A stretch of DNA of 64,000 bases from assembly GCA_040263875.1 (NCBI GenBank), contig JBDQJI010000004.1:11984-75983 (forward strand), given 5' to 3'. The notes beneath the pieces were generated by a model. The model did no database searches and had not been told where the DNA came from. It saw only the letters and a program-made list of their open reading frames with translations. The position numbers and the translations under genes are program-made. Shown here piece by piece: positions 19,143-29,135 of the stretch. Position 1 is the first letter of the stretch; each line of letters begins with the position of its first letter. Source of the stretch: Alphaproteobacteria bacterium (GTDB lineage Bacteria; Pseudomonadota; Alphaproteobacteria; Bin95).

Positions 19143-20129
19143 GTGAACGCGAGGGGATGCGCATTGGATAAGATTGACGCCGACGTCGGCAATATGTTTG
19201 AGAAAATAGACACTTGGCTGGATGGGTTCTTCCGGCTTTTGCCGAACATCGCACTGGCACTGGCCGTGCTGATCCTGTTCTACCTTCTGGGTATTCTCAT
19301 CAGCCGCATTGTGCGTAGCCGCGCTGAAAAACGGGACCGCAATAGCCTTGGCGAAGTCGCTGGATCACTGCTGCGCTGGGCTGTGACACTGCTTGGGTTT
19401 GCACTCGCAATCACCATCGTCGCGCCTTCAGTTACGCCGGGTGATCTACTGGGTGGGCTTGGCGTTAGTTCCGTGGCGATTGGCTTCGCGTTCAAAGACA
19501 TTCTGCAGAATATGCTGGCCGGTATTCTGATTTTGCTTCGCCAGCCTTTTCAAGTTGGCGATGAAATCGTCTCTGGCGGTCACACCGGCAGGGTTGAGAA
19601 GATTGAGACGCGGGCGACTTTCATCAAAACCTATGACGGTCGACGTGTGGTTATCCCAAATGCCGATATCTACACAGATTCCGTGGTGGTCATTACGGCA
19701 TTTGAGAAAGTTCGGTCCCAATACGATATCGGCGTTGGCTGCAATGACAGCTGGGAAGATGCAAAGCGCCTGATGATCGAAGGTGCCTCTGAAACCGAAG
19801 GCGTGCTGAGCGACCCAGCACCAGAAACAATACCCATCGCGATTGCGGACAGTTCCAACAATATTCGCTTGCGCTGGTGGACTGAGTCAGACCGGTCGTC
19901 CGTGATCCATACGTACGGTCGAGTGTTAGAGAACGTCTACAAAAAGCTGGATGGCGCCGGCATCGACATGCCTTATCCAACACAGGTCGTCCTGCTCCAT
20001 GATCAAACAGAGGAACATGACGGCGACCGCTCGAAACAAAGCGAAGGCTGGCCTGCTAACCCTGATGGCAACAACCCGAAACCGGCACGGGCCGTGAATG
20101 CAGAGCAAAAATCGGGCGACACTGCCTAA
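19143..20129 (+). CDS. Mechanosensitive ion channel (MscS family)
   Basis: TM helices followed by QPFQVGDEIVSGGHTGRVEKIETRATFIKTYDGRRVVIPN (MscS beta-domain). The true start may be the TTG at 19164 (GAGGGGA 6 nt upstream) or the ATG at 19194. Confidence 0.85.
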   Translation: MNARGCALDKIDADVGNMFEKIDTWLDGFFRLLPNIALALAVLILFYLLGILISRIVRSRAEKRDRNSLGEVAGSLLRWAVTLLGFALAITIVAPSVTPGDLLGGLGVSSVAIGFAFKDILQNMLAGILILLRQPFQVGDEIVSGGHTGRVEKIETRATFIKTYDGRRVVIPNADIYTDSVVVITAFEKVRSQYDIGVGCNDSWEDAKRLMIEGASETEGVLSDPAPETIPIAIADSSNNIRLRWWTESDRSSVIHTYGRVLENVYKKLDGAGIDMPYPTQVVLLHDQTEEHDGDRSKQSEGWPANPDGNNPKPARAVNAEQKSGDTA

Positions 20130-20138
20130 CGGTCTCGT

Positions 20139-22376
20139 CTACCGCCTTCGGGGCCGCCTGCCGCCACCTTTGGCTGCTTTCTTGCGGGCGCCGGCTGCAC
20201 CGGTCGCATTGTCCATGGCGGCTTCCGCACCTTTAGGCCGTCTATCCGGACGCTTGGCAGGTTTAGCGCCGCCTATTGCTGCACGGGAGCGGAGGCTGCC
20301 GCCGTCGCCGCCTTCTAAGCCCAAGTCTAGGGCCTGGAGACGTTTGATTTCATCCCGCAAGCGCCCGGCTTCCTCGAATTCCAAATCAGCAGCGGCAGCG
20401 CGCATCTGCTTTTCGAGGTCGTCGATCGTCATCTGCAGATTGTTGCCGGTCAGTGGACCATCTTCATGCAAACCAGTTGAAACCGTCATGGAATCCCGCG
20501 CGTAGACCGTTTGCAGGATGTCTGCGATGTCTTTCTTGACGCTTTCCGGCGTGATGCCGTTGGCCTCGTTATAGGCAATCTGCTTTTCGCGGCGTCGGCC
20601 GGTTTCATCCAGCGCGCGCTTCATGCTGTCCGTGATTTTATCGGCGTAGAGGATCACGCGGCCTTCCAAGTTTCGCGCCGCCCGGCCAATCGTCTGGATC
20701 AAGGACGTTGTTGAGCGAAGATAGCCTTCCTTATCGGCATCCAGAATGCAGACCAGCGCGCATTCCGGGATATCTAGCCCCTCCCGCAGCAGGTTGATGC
20801 CAATCAGCACATCGAATGCGCCGAGGCGCAAGTCGCGGATGATTTCGATGCGTTCCAGCGTCTCAACGTCCGAATGCATGTAGCGGCAGCGCAGCCCGGC
20901 CTCATGCATATATTCCGTCAGATCTTCCGCCATACGCTTAGTCAAAGTAGTGACGAGCACCCGCTGGCCTTTGGCGGCGCATTGGCGGCATTCATCTATC
21001 AAATCGTCGACTTGGCTGCCGGTGGGGCGGATGATCGTCGGCGGGTCGATCAGGCCCGTAGGCCGCACCACCTGCTCCGTCACGACGCCTTGGGTTTTCT
21101 CAAGCTCCCATGGACCTGGGGTGGCGGAGACGTGGACGGTTTGCGGCCGCATCGCCTCCCATTCCTCGAACTTCAGGGGGCGGTTATCGACGCAGCTTGG
21201 CAGGCGGAACCCGAACCCAGACAGCGTGGATTTTCGCGCAAAGTCTCCCTTGTACATACCGCCGACCTGCGGAACCGTCACATGGCTCTCGTCCACGAAC
21301 AGCATGGCGTCTTCAGGCAGATACTCGAACAGCGTCGGCGGTGGCGAGCCGGGCGGACGGCCCGTCAAATATCGCGAATAATTCTCAATCCCGGCGCAGG
21401 AGCCCGTGGAAGTCATCATCTCCATATCGAAGGTCGTGCGCTGCTCAAGGCGTTGCGCTTCCAGCAACTTGCCTTCGCGCGTCAGTTCATCCAGCCGCTC
21501 CGCCAATTCCTTGCGGATGCCTTTGACGGCCTGATCTAGCGTTGGTTTTGGCGTCACATAGTGACTATTGGGATAAACGCGGACCTTCAGGAATTCACCA
21601 GTACGCTCACCGGTCAGCGGATCAAACTCGTGGATCGCCTCAAGCTCATCGCCGAAGAAGGAAAATCGCCAGGCGCGGTCTTCTTGGTGAGCAGGGAACA
21701 ATTCAACCGTATCACCCCGCGCCCGGAACGCCCCACGGAAAAAGGCAGCCTCATTACGGCGATATTGAAGTTCCACGAACTTGCGCAGCAGCACCTGGCG
21801 ATCAAACGACTGACCGACACTGATCTCTGCCGCCATACCGGAATAGGTCTCAACCGCGCCAATGCCGTAAATGCAGGACACGCTGGCGACGATAATTACG
21901 TCCCGCCGTTCCAGTAGCGCGCGCGTGGCTGCGTGGCGCATCCGGTCGATTTCTTCATTTACGGACGCTTCCTTTTCCACGTAAGTGTCCGTTCGTGGCA
22001 CGTAAGCTTCCGGCTGGTAATAGTCGTAGTATGAGACAAAATACTCGACCGCATTATCCGGGAAGAAGCTCTTCATCTCGGCGTAAAGCTGTGCGGCAAG
22101 CGTCTTGTTCGGCGCCAGCACTAGCGATGGTCGCTGAAGCTCCTGGATGCAGTGCGCGACCGTAAACGTCTTGCCGGACCCGGTGACGCCCAGCAGCACC
22201 TGATCCTGCTCCTTCCCCGCCAGCCCATCCACCAATTCACGGATGGCCGCAGGCTGATCCCCAGCAGGCTCAAAGCCGCTGGAGATTTTGAACGGCACCG
22301 CATCCTCAATCGAAAGCGGCGGCCGCTCGAAGCGCGGGATATTGGCGAGGAGTGTAGATGTGTGTCCTTCAGGCAT
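20139..22376 (-). CDS. uvrB: Excinuclease ABC subunit B
   Basis: 745 aa. [10 protein letters not shown] Walker A, DESH box, helicase motifs, C-terminal UVR domain ([16 protein letters not shown]), then a Gly/Lys/Arg-rich tail. Confidence 0.97.
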   Translation of the reverse strand: MPEGHTSTLLANIPRFERPPLSIEDAVPFKISSGFEPAGDQPAAIRELVDGLAGKEQDQVLLGVTGSGKTFTVAHCIQELQRPSLVLAPNKTLAAQLYAEMKSFFPDNAVEYFVSYYDYYQPEAYVPRTDTYVEKEASVNEEIDRMRHAATRALLERRDVIIVASVSCIYGIGAVETYSGMAAEISVGQSFDRQVLLRKFVELQYRRNEAAFFRGAFRARGDTVELFPAHQEDRAWRFSFFGDELEAIHEFDPLTGERTGEFLKVRVYPNSHYVTPKPTLDQAVKGIRKELAERLDELTREGKLLEAQRLEQRTTFDMEMMTSTGSCAGIENYSRYLTGRPPGSPPPTLFEYLPEDAMLFVDESHVTVPQVGGMYKGDFARKSTLSGFGFRLPSCVDNRPLKFEEWEAMRPQTVHVSATPGPWELEKTQGVVTEQVVRPTGLIDPPTIIRPTGSQVDDLIDECRQCAAKGQRVLVTTLTKRMAEDLTEYMHEAGLRCRYMHSDVETLERIEIIRDLRLGAFDVLIGINLLREGLDIPECALVCILDADKEGYLRSTTSLIQTIGRAARNLEGRVILYADKITDSMKRALDETGRRREKQIAYNEANGITPESVKKDIADILQTVYARDSMTVSTGLHEDGPLTGNNLQMTIDDLEKQMRAAAADLEFEEAGRLRDEIKRLQALDLGLEGGDGGSLRSRAAIGGAKPAKRPDRRPKGAEAAMDNATGAAGARKKAAKGGGRRPRRR

Positions 22377-22385
22377 GCAAGGAAA

Positions 22386-23609
22386 CTAGCGCGAAGCCTC
22401 CCCTTCGCCAATGGTCTCTGCACTGATTTTACCTGTGGACGCCCGTCCGGCGAACGCCAGGATCATAGCGCCGAGCACACCCGACAAGATCGAGCCTGAG
22501 ATGACGCCAATCCGCACCAGCGTCTGGTGTTCTGGGTCAACATAGGCAAGCGCACCGATGAACAAGGACATGGTGAAGCCGATGCCCGCGAGCAGGCTGA
22601 CGCCATATAACTGCATCGTCGTAGCACCCAGCGGCGGGTCCGCCATCTTCAGCTTGATTGCAGCGTAGGCAAAGCCGAACACACCGATCTGCTTACCGAT
22701 AAACAGGCCCAGCATGATCGCTAGTGAGAGAGGCTGCATCAGCAATTCTATGCTCAGGCCCTCTAGCGGCACGCCCGCGTTGGCGAAGGCGAAGAGCGGC
22801 ATAACGAGCCAGGCGACCCAGCCGTGCAGCCCATGTTCCGCCGATTTCGCGAGCGACCTGCCGTCTGGGCCGGCCTGTAGCGGCATCGCAAACCCGATCG
22901 CCACCCCGGCAAGCGTGGCATGCACGCCTGATTTCAGCACGCACACCCACAAGATGATGCCGAGCAAGACATAGGGTGTCGCTTTGCGCACGCCCCGAAG
23001 GTTCAGCGCCAACAGACCAACGCCTGTCAGGAAAGCCATAGAAAGGGCGGCTACTGAAAGGTTGCTGGTATAGAACAGCGCGATAATCACAATGGCGCCA
23101 AGATCGTCGACCACGGCAAGCGCAAGCAGGAATGTCTTCAGCGCCACGGGAACACGCCGCCCGAACAAGCTGAGCACGCCAAGCGCGAACGCGATGTCCG
23201 TCGCTGCTGGAATGGCCCAGCCCTTCGCTTCTTCAGTATCGTAGCCAACAATGCCAACGAAGATCAGCGCGGGGATCGCCATGCCGCCAACGGCGGCATA
23301 GACGGGCAACGCGGCCTGTCGCCAGCTAGAAAGCGCGCCTTCAACAGCCTCGCGTTTAATCTCAAGTGCGACCAGCAGGAAGAAGATCGCCATCAGGCCG
23401 TCATTAATCCAAAGCAGCAGTGGCTTTGAGATGCCGTTGTCACCAACGGCAACCGTAAATTGTGCGCCCAGGAAGAAGTCATAATAAGGGCGCAGCACAT
23501 CGATATTCTCGAACAAAACACCGAGTGCTGCCGCTAGCGCTAGCGCCAGCCCCGCCTTTGCTTCTGGGCTCAACCCACCTCCGTCTGCCGTCGCTACGCC
23601 TGCCTCCAT
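22386..23609 (-). CDS. nhaA: Na+/H+ antiporter NhaA
   Basis: 407 aa. PLLLWINDGLMAIFFLLVALEIKRE and LLALAVVDDLGAIVIIALFYT (the conserved DD pair). It stops 9 bp upstream of the uvrB start codon. Confidence 0.93.
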   Translation of the reverse strand: MEAGVATADGGGLSPEAKAGLALALAAALGVLFENIDVLRPYYDFFLGAQFTVAVGDNGISKPLLLWINDGLMAIFFLLVALEIKREAVEGALSSWRQAALPVYAAVGGMAIPALIFVGIVGYDTEEAKGWAIPAATDIAFALGVLSLFGRRVPVALKTFLLALAVVDDLGAIVIIALFYTSNLSVAALSMAFLTGVGLLALNLRGVRKATPYVLLGIILWVCVLKSGVHATLAGVAIGFAMPLQAGPDGRSLAKSAEHGLHGWVAWLVMPLFAFANAGVPLEGLSIELLMQPLSLAIMLGLFIGKQIGVFGFAYAAIKLKMADPPLGATTMQLYGVSLLAGIGFTMSLFIGALAYVDPEHQTLVRIGVISGSILSGVLGAMILAFAGRASTGKISAETIGEGEASR

Positions 23610-23743
23610 GACTAACCCCCTGAATGCGTTCGATAGTGGGCAATTGGTACCAGTTCACTACTAATTCAAGTTAAAGATCTTCGACACGACTTGGTCGAAT
23701 TGTCGCTATGATGTCCCGGCACACCGCGTAATGGATAAAGCCA

Positions 23744-24283
23744 ATGCCTGCTGACATCAGAAAAATCACCGTCTCCGTAGAGGAACTTCTGCAGGAGGAA
23801 GGCCGGCCTATCGAACCGCCGACGCGCACCGCACTTGCCATTGCCGTGATCGCCAATCCATTCGCTGGCCAATATACGGCAGATCTGGAACCGCTGATGG
23901 ACATTGGCGCGGAACTTGGCGGATTGCTTGGTAAGCGCTGCATTGCAGCACTCGGTATCGCGCCAGGCGCCGCTCAGAGCTATGGCAAAGGAGCCATCGT
24001 GGGTGAGAACGGTGGATTGGAGCACGCCGCTGCAATCCTCCACCCGCGCCTTGGCAAACCGCTTCGGGTTGAGGTCGAAAAAGGCGATGCACTGATCCCA
24101 TCCGCCAAGAAGCGCGGCGGCCCCGGCGCGACCCTCGACGTTCCTCTCGGCCATAAGGACGACGCCTGGAGCCGCAACCATTTCAGCGCCATTGAAGCCC
24201 GCGTCGCCGATGCACCTCGCGCCGATGAAATTCTAGTCGCTGTCGCCGTCACAGATTCTGGCCGGCCGCTGCCGCGCGTGTAA
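23744..24283 (+). CDS. Amino-acid-synthesis family protein (DUF1185 / AA_synth)
   Basis: 179 aa. IRKITVSVEE, IANPFAG, SYGKGAIVGENGGLEHAAAILHP, DVPLGHKDDAW and DAPRADEI match the family consensus as I remember it. Confidence 0.75.
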   Translation: MPADIRKITVSVEELLQEEGRPIEPPTRTALAIAVIANPFAGQYTADLEPLMDIGAELGGLLGKRCIAALGIAPGAAQSYGKGAIVGENGGLEHAAAILHPRLGKPLRVEVEKGDALIPSAKKRGGPGATLDVPLGHKDDAWSRNHFSAIEARVADAPRADEILVAVAVTDSGRPLPRV

Positions 24284-24364
24284 TCAGCAAACTCCCTGGC
24301 TGAAACAACATGACTGACGGACCTTCATTGCCTTAGACTGGCAGCCAAAATCGTAGGCAGGATC

Positions 24365-25405
24365 ATGCCGAACCGAGACATAAGCAAAGAGACCCGGTCT
24401 GCTTTGTTGGCCTCAGCCTTGGCTATTGTCGTGTGCATTTGCGATATGCTCGTACCGCTGGGTGTTGCAGTTGCTGCGCTGTACGTGACCTCAGTTGTCG
24501 TGGCGGCGAATGCTAAAGTGCAGCACATCATTTTATTGGGGGTTGTGGCCTCTGCATTGACGGTCCTTGGTTTTGCAGTCCACGCCAATAGCGAAACAAC
24601 CTGGATGGTGGTGGCTAATCGCTTGATCTCAGTGGCCGCAATTGCGCTCACAACACTCCTCACGGTCCGCCAGAAAAAATTGACTACGCTGCTGGCCCAG
24701 CAAATCACGCAACTAGACACCAAAACCCGTGAACTTCAGCGCTATTCCTCGATCGCTGCCCATGACCTGCGCGAGCCCGTAAGGAACATCCAAAGCCTGA
24801 TCGACGTCCTACGGGAGCGATACCAAACAGCGTTGGACAAGCCCGGCGCTCAAATGCTGGATCTCATCCACGAAGGGGCGCAACGGATGGCGCACTTGAT
24901 CGGTGACCTGCTTGAATATTCAAGATTGGGGATCGCTGTTGAGTTCAAGCCCATTGACCTGAATACTCTCATTTCAGATGTCCTCAAGGATATGAACAGC
25001 ACGATCAAAGCCAGCGTTGCCACAGTGGATTTCACAGATTTGCCCATTGTTCATGGCTATGAAATTGGGCTTCGCCAATTGTTTCAGAACCTTTTGAGCA
25101 ACGGCCTGAAGTTCTCTCCTCCAGGCAGAGCGCCTGTTATCTCCATATGGCCTGAAGATGCGGGGAATCACTGGCTCTTGTACATTCGCGACAACGGCAT
25201 CGGCTTCGATCCCGCCCACAAAGAAAAAGCGTTCGCGTTGTTTGGGCGGCTAAACCTGCGCGACGAATACCCGGGCACCGGGCTTGGGCTATCAATCTGC
25301 CAACGCGTGGCTGATATCCATGGCGGCACCATCACCGTTCAAACGGCTGTGGACGCGGGTGCTACTTTTACACTGACCTTGCCAAAGACCCCGCCTGCCC
25401 AATAG
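24365..25405 (+). CDS. Membrane sensor histidine kinase (HisKA + HATPase_c)
   Basis: 346 aa. About 4 N-terminal hydrophobic helices, H-box [15 protein letters not shown]-box LLSNGLKF, G-boxes RDNGIGF and [10 protein letters not shown]. Confidence 0.85.
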   Translation: MPNRDISKETRSALLASALAIVVCICDMLVPLGVAVAALYVTSVVVAANAKVQHIILLGVVASALTVLGFAVHANSETTWMVVANRLISVAAIALTTLLTVRQKKLTTLLAQQITQLDTKTRELQRYSSIAAHDLREPVRNIQSLIDVLRERYQTALDKPGAQMLDLIHEGAQRMAHLIGDLLEYSRLGIAVEFKPIDLNTLISDVLKDMNSTIKASVATVDFTDLPIVHGYEIGLRQLFQNLLSNGLKFSPPGRAPVISIWPEDAGNHWLLYIRDNGIGFDPAHKEKAFALFGRLNLRDEYPGTGLGLSICQRVADIHGGTITVQTAVDAGATFTLTLPKTPPAQ

Positions 25406-25475
25406 CGATCCTGCTCGCTATACTGTTTGTCCCCAGCGCACTGCGCCCTTTCCATTCCGGATCAATCATACCGCC

Positions 25476-25937
25476 ATGCCGAACGATCCTCACGCGCCCA
25501 CGATGCTCGGTGCCGATGTTCCCATTCCGCAATCACCTGACGATGCGCGGCTGGAGCGTGTGCCAAATCCACACCAGGACTCGCTCTATCTAGCGCGGTT
25601 TGTGTGCCCTGAATTTACGTCGCTCTGCCCGATGACAGGCCAGCCAGACTTCGCACATCTGGTTCTAGATTACGCGCCAGATGAATGGCTGATCGAAAGC
25701 AAATCCTGGAAGCTATATCTCACCAGCTTTCGCAATCACGGCGCCTATCACGAGGACTGCACCATCGCCATCGCCAAGCGCGTGGTCGACGTCGCCGCCC
25801 CCAAATATCTCCGCATAGCAGGATATTGGTATCCCAGAGGCGGCATACCCATCGAAGTCTTCTGGCAAACCGGATCACCGCCCAAAGGCCTGTGGCTGCC
25901 CGACCCAGACGTCGCACCCTACAGAGGCCGAGGCTAG
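25476..25937 (+). CDS. queF: NADPH-dependent 7-cyano-7-deazaguanine (preQ0) reductase
   Basis: 153 aa. [15 protein letters not shown] catalytic-Cys motif, ESKSWKLYL and FHE. Confidence 0.93.
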   Translation: MPNDPHAPTMLGADVPIPQSPDDARLERVPNPHQDSLYLARFVCPEFTSLCPMTGQPDFAHLVLDYAPDEWLIESKSWKLYLTSFRNHGAYHEDCTIAIAKRVVDVAAPKYLRIAGYWYPRGGIPIEVFWQTGSPPKGLWLPDPDVAPYRGRG

Positions 25938-25941
25938 AGGC

Positions 25942-26865
25942 ATGCCCGTCCGTGCCGCATGGTCGGCCCTACCCGATGGCGCTAAAGGCATGTTGCTAAT
26001 GTCTGCTGGCATTGGTGTCATCACGGTCAATGATGCTCTGATGAAACTGGCCAATGAAGGGTTGCCGTTGGGGGAGACCCTATTCATCCGCTCGGTCTTC
26101 GTGTGGGTGATGATCATCATCTTTGCTTGGCGGGCGGGCGGTGTGCGGTCGCTTGCGGTGTATGATTGGCCACGGCAAGGATTGCGCGGCTGCTTTTTGA
26201 TTATCTCTAGTTGGTGCTTCTTCTTCGGACTGGCCGCCCTGCCCCTGGCGGAAGCGATTGCAATCGCATCTGTCGGCCCATTGTTTTTGACAATGTTGGC
26301 GGGGCCGCTGCTAGGCGAAACCGTTGGCTGGCGGCGTTGGTGTGCTGTTGGCGTTGGGTTCGTGGGCGCAATGATCATCATCAATCCCGGTGGGGCTGGG
26401 TTTCAGTGGGCTGCACTCTTTCCATTGACCGCGGCGTTGTTGGGTGCCGGGCGGGACATCGTGCAGCGGCAGATGTCACTGGGCCGGGAAGGCACAGTCG
26501 CGATCTTAGCGGTATCAACGACCATGGTTGGCCTTTCGGGCTTGGTCACCCTGCCCTTCGTTTGGGTCACGCCAAGCTGGATGCAGATCCTACCAATCGC
26601 TGCCGCTGGCCTGCTGATGGGCACCGCACATTATTTGATGATTGAGGCGCTGCGCATGGCTGAGGCGGCATCTATCGCGCCGCTGCGATACTCCAATTTC
26701 CTATGGGGCTCACTTTGGGGCTTCTTGATTTGGGGCGTGCTGCCGGAGCCGAATATCTGGCTTGGGGTTGCGATTATCGCGGCGTCTGGCCTGTATATTC
26801 TGCATCGCGAAACCCTCCACCGCCGCGCACCCGCCACGCCCGTAGCGCCTAAGGAAACGCCATGA
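25942..26865 (+). CDS. DMT-superfamily (EamA-like) transporter
   Basis: 307 aa, about 10 hydrophobic helices arranged as two EamA-like repeats. Confidence 0.8.
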   Translation: MPVRAAWSALPDGAKGMLLMSAGIGVITVNDALMKLANEGLPLGETLFIRSVFVWVMIIIFAWRAGGVRSLAVYDWPRQGLRGCFLIISSWCFFFGLAALPLAEAIAIASVGPLFLTMLAGPLLGETVGWRRWCAVGVGFVGAMIIINPGGAGFQWAALFPLTAALLGAGRDIVQRQMSLGREGTVAILAVSTTMVGLSGLVTLPFVWVTPSWMQILPIAAAGLLMGTAHYLMIEALRMAEAASIAPLRYSNFLWGSLWGFLIWGVLPEPNIWLGVAIIAASGLYILHRETLHRRAPATPVAPKETP

Positions 26866-27896
26866 CTGGAATTCCAAACAGCCGTGAAGCCTTTTACGCC
26901 GATATCAAAACCCGCAATCTGGCGCCGCTCTGGGAAAGCCTGCACAGCCTGATCACGCCAACGCCGAAAAGCCGCTGCGAGCCGGCATTCTGGCGCTATG
27001 ACGATATCCGGGGGGATGTGCTGCGATCCGGTGACTTAATCACCGCAAAGGAAGCTGAACGCCGCGTGCTGATCATGGAAAACCCCGGCATGCCGGGTGA
27101 GGCCCGGATCACAACCTCACTCTATGCCGGGCTGCAATTGATCCTGCCGGGTGAAGTGGCACCCGCGCACCGGCATACACAATCCGCACTCCGGTTCGTG
27201 GTGGAAGGCGAAGGTGCCTATACGGCCGTCAATGGCGAGCGCACTACCATGCATGAAGGCGATTTCATCATAACCCCCTCCTGGACCTGGCATGACCACG
27301 GCAATGACGGCGACGCGCCTATGGTGTGGCTGGATGGCCTGGATATTCCGGTCCTGCAGTTTCTAGACGCCTCATTCGTTGAACAATGGCCGGAAGATTC
27401 ACAGCCTGTCACCCGGCCTGAAGGCGATAGCCTCGCCCGCTATGGACAAGGCCTGCTGCCGGTCGACCATGACCAGCGCGGCCATACCAGCCCCGTATTC
27501 AATTATCCCTTCGCCCGCACCCGGGAGGCCCTGGCGACGCTGGGACGGACGCAAGATTGGGACGCTTGCCATGGTGCTAAACTTCGCTACGTGAACCCGG
27601 AAACCGGTGATCACGCGATGAATACCATCGCCGCATTCATGCAATTACTGCCCAAGGGATTTAGCGGCGAAACCTATCGTTCCACGGACGCGACTGTGTT
27701 CTGCGCCGTAGAAGGCACCGGCGAGACCGTGATCGGCGATCAGGTTTTCACATGGGGTCCGCGCGACACCTTCGTTGCCCCGTCCTGGGCACCTGTCAGC
27801 CACAAAAGCTTAGGCGGCGATGCCGTTCTGTTCAGCTTCTCCGATAGGTCCATGCAACAAAAGCTTGGCCTATGGCGGGAGAAGCGCGGCGCATAG
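26862..27896 (+). CDS. Gentisate 1,2-dioxygenase-type bicupin dioxygenase
   Basis: 344 aa. LAPLWE near the N-terminus, cupin metal site APAHRHTQSALRFVVEGEGAYTAVNGE...H. The start overlaps the DMT stop (ATGA). Confidence 0.8.
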   Translation: MTGIPNSREAFYADIKTRNLAPLWESLHSLITPTPKSRCEPAFWRYDDIRGDVLRSGDLITAKEAERRVLIMENPGMPGEARITTSLYAGLQLILPGEVAPAHRHTQSALRFVVEGEGAYTAVNGERTTMHEGDFIITPSWTWHDHGNDGDAPMVWLDGLDIPVLQFLDASFVEQWPEDSQPVTRPEGDSLARYGQGLLPVDHDQRGHTSPVFNYPFARTREALATLGRTQDWDACHGAKLRYVNPETGDHAMNTIAAFMQLLPKGFSGETYRSTDATVFCAVEGTGETVIGDQVFTWGPRDTFVAPSWAPVSHKSLGGDAVLFSFSDRSMQQKLGLWREKRGA

Positions 27897-27945
27897 ATTG
27901 TTTGCGCCCGCGAACGCCCCATATCCAAATCACACGACGGAGTAA

Positions 27946-29121
27946 ATGATGCTCGACGACCTTGCCTTCACTGGCCTTAAAGTTTTGGACATGGCGCAAG
28001 GCGTCGCTGGCCCCCATTGCGGCATGCTGTTGGCGCAGCACGGTGCCGAAGTTATCAAAGTGGAGCCGCTGGGTGGGGATTGGGGCCGCCAGCTTGGCAA
28101 GCGCTACGGCGATTTTTCCGCATTCGGCGCTGTCTACAATCGCGGCAAGAAATCTGTGGCGCTGGACCTGAAAGCGGAGGCCGGGATTGCTGTCGCAAAA
28201 CAGCTCGCGGCTGAGGCAGACGTTGTATTGGAGAGCTTTCGCCCAGGCGTGATGGCGCGCTTCGGCCTGGACTATGAAACCGTCGCAAAGACCAATCCAA
28301 GCGTGGTGTATCTGTCCGTCAGCGGCTACGGGCAGGATGGCCCCTATTCAAAGCAGCCGGTGACAGATTCCGTCATGCAGGCGTTTTCAGGCCTGATGAG
28401 CGTCAATCAGGATCACCGGGGCGTGCCGCAGCGGATTCAGGTGATCGCGATTGATATTCTGACCGGGCTTTATGGCTTTCAGGCCGTAGCACCGGCGCTG
28501 TATCGACGCGTCCGCACAGGGCTTGGCGCGCATTTGGATGTCAGCCTGATGCAATCCACACTGGCCTTCCTCTCCGCTAAAATGATTGAGAACCATCTAG
28601 AGGGCGAGAACGCTACCAATTTCGGCGCGCCCGTTGGCACCTTTGAAACCGCAGACGGCTTCCTGAACTTGAACGCCCGCCGCGACACACATTTCCGTGC
28701 GCTCTGCAAACTGCTTGGCCGGGATGAGTTGGCGGATGACCCGCGCTTTGTTGATAGCGACGCCCGGACCGCCAATGCCGCCGAAGTCGAAGCCTTTGTT
28801 CGCCCAGCAGTCAAACTTCGCAGTACCGCGGAATGGCTGGCCGGTTTTGAAGCACACGACATCCTGGCGGGCCGCGTCAATGCCTTCCCAGATATCCTGA
28901 CCGACCCCCACGTTGAAGCCCGCGAGGCTGTGCGTTGGTTGGAACATACCGCCATGGGACCGATCCCAATGCCCGTCATCCCAGGCGCGCCGCTGTTTGA
29001 GCAAGCTGACCCGCACGCCCATGCGCCAGAGTTAGGTGCCCATACGCGCGAAGTTTTAACCAGCCTTGGCCTATCACCTGATGCCATTGAAGACATGATC
29101 AAAGCCGGTGCTGCCGGATAA
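27946..29121 (+). CDS. Family III CoA-transferase (CaiB/BaiF family), paralog of 1760..2950
   Basis: 391 aa. GLKVLDMAQGVAGPHCGMLLAQHGAEVIKVEP, ESFRPGVM. Confidence 0.85.
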   Translation: MMLDDLAFTGLKVLDMAQGVAGPHCGMLLAQHGAEVIKVEPLGGDWGRQLGKRYGDFSAFGAVYNRGKKSVALDLKAEAGIAVAKQLAAEADVVLESFRPGVMARFGLDYETVAKTNPSVVYLSVSGYGQDGPYSKQPVTDSVMQAFSGLMSVNQDHRGVPQRIQVIAIDILTGLYGFQAVAPALYRRVRTGLGAHLDVSLMQSTLAFLSAKMIENHLEGENATNFGAPVGTFETADGFLNLNARRDTHFRALCKLLGRDELADDPRFVDSDARTANAAEVEAFVRPAVKLRSTAEWLAGFEAHDILAGRVNAFPDILTDPHVEAREAVRWLEHTAMGPIPMPVIPGAPLFEQADPHAHAPELGAHTREVLTSLGLSPDAIEDMIKAGAAG

Positions 29122-29135
29122 CCTATCTACGCCTA

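Noticed and set aside
23666-24181. A 171-aa minus-strand ORF overlapping the DUF1185 gene.
   Set aside because: The plus-strand frame carries the conserved AA_synth motifs (SYGKGAIVG, PLGHKD). The minus frame has no recognisable features.
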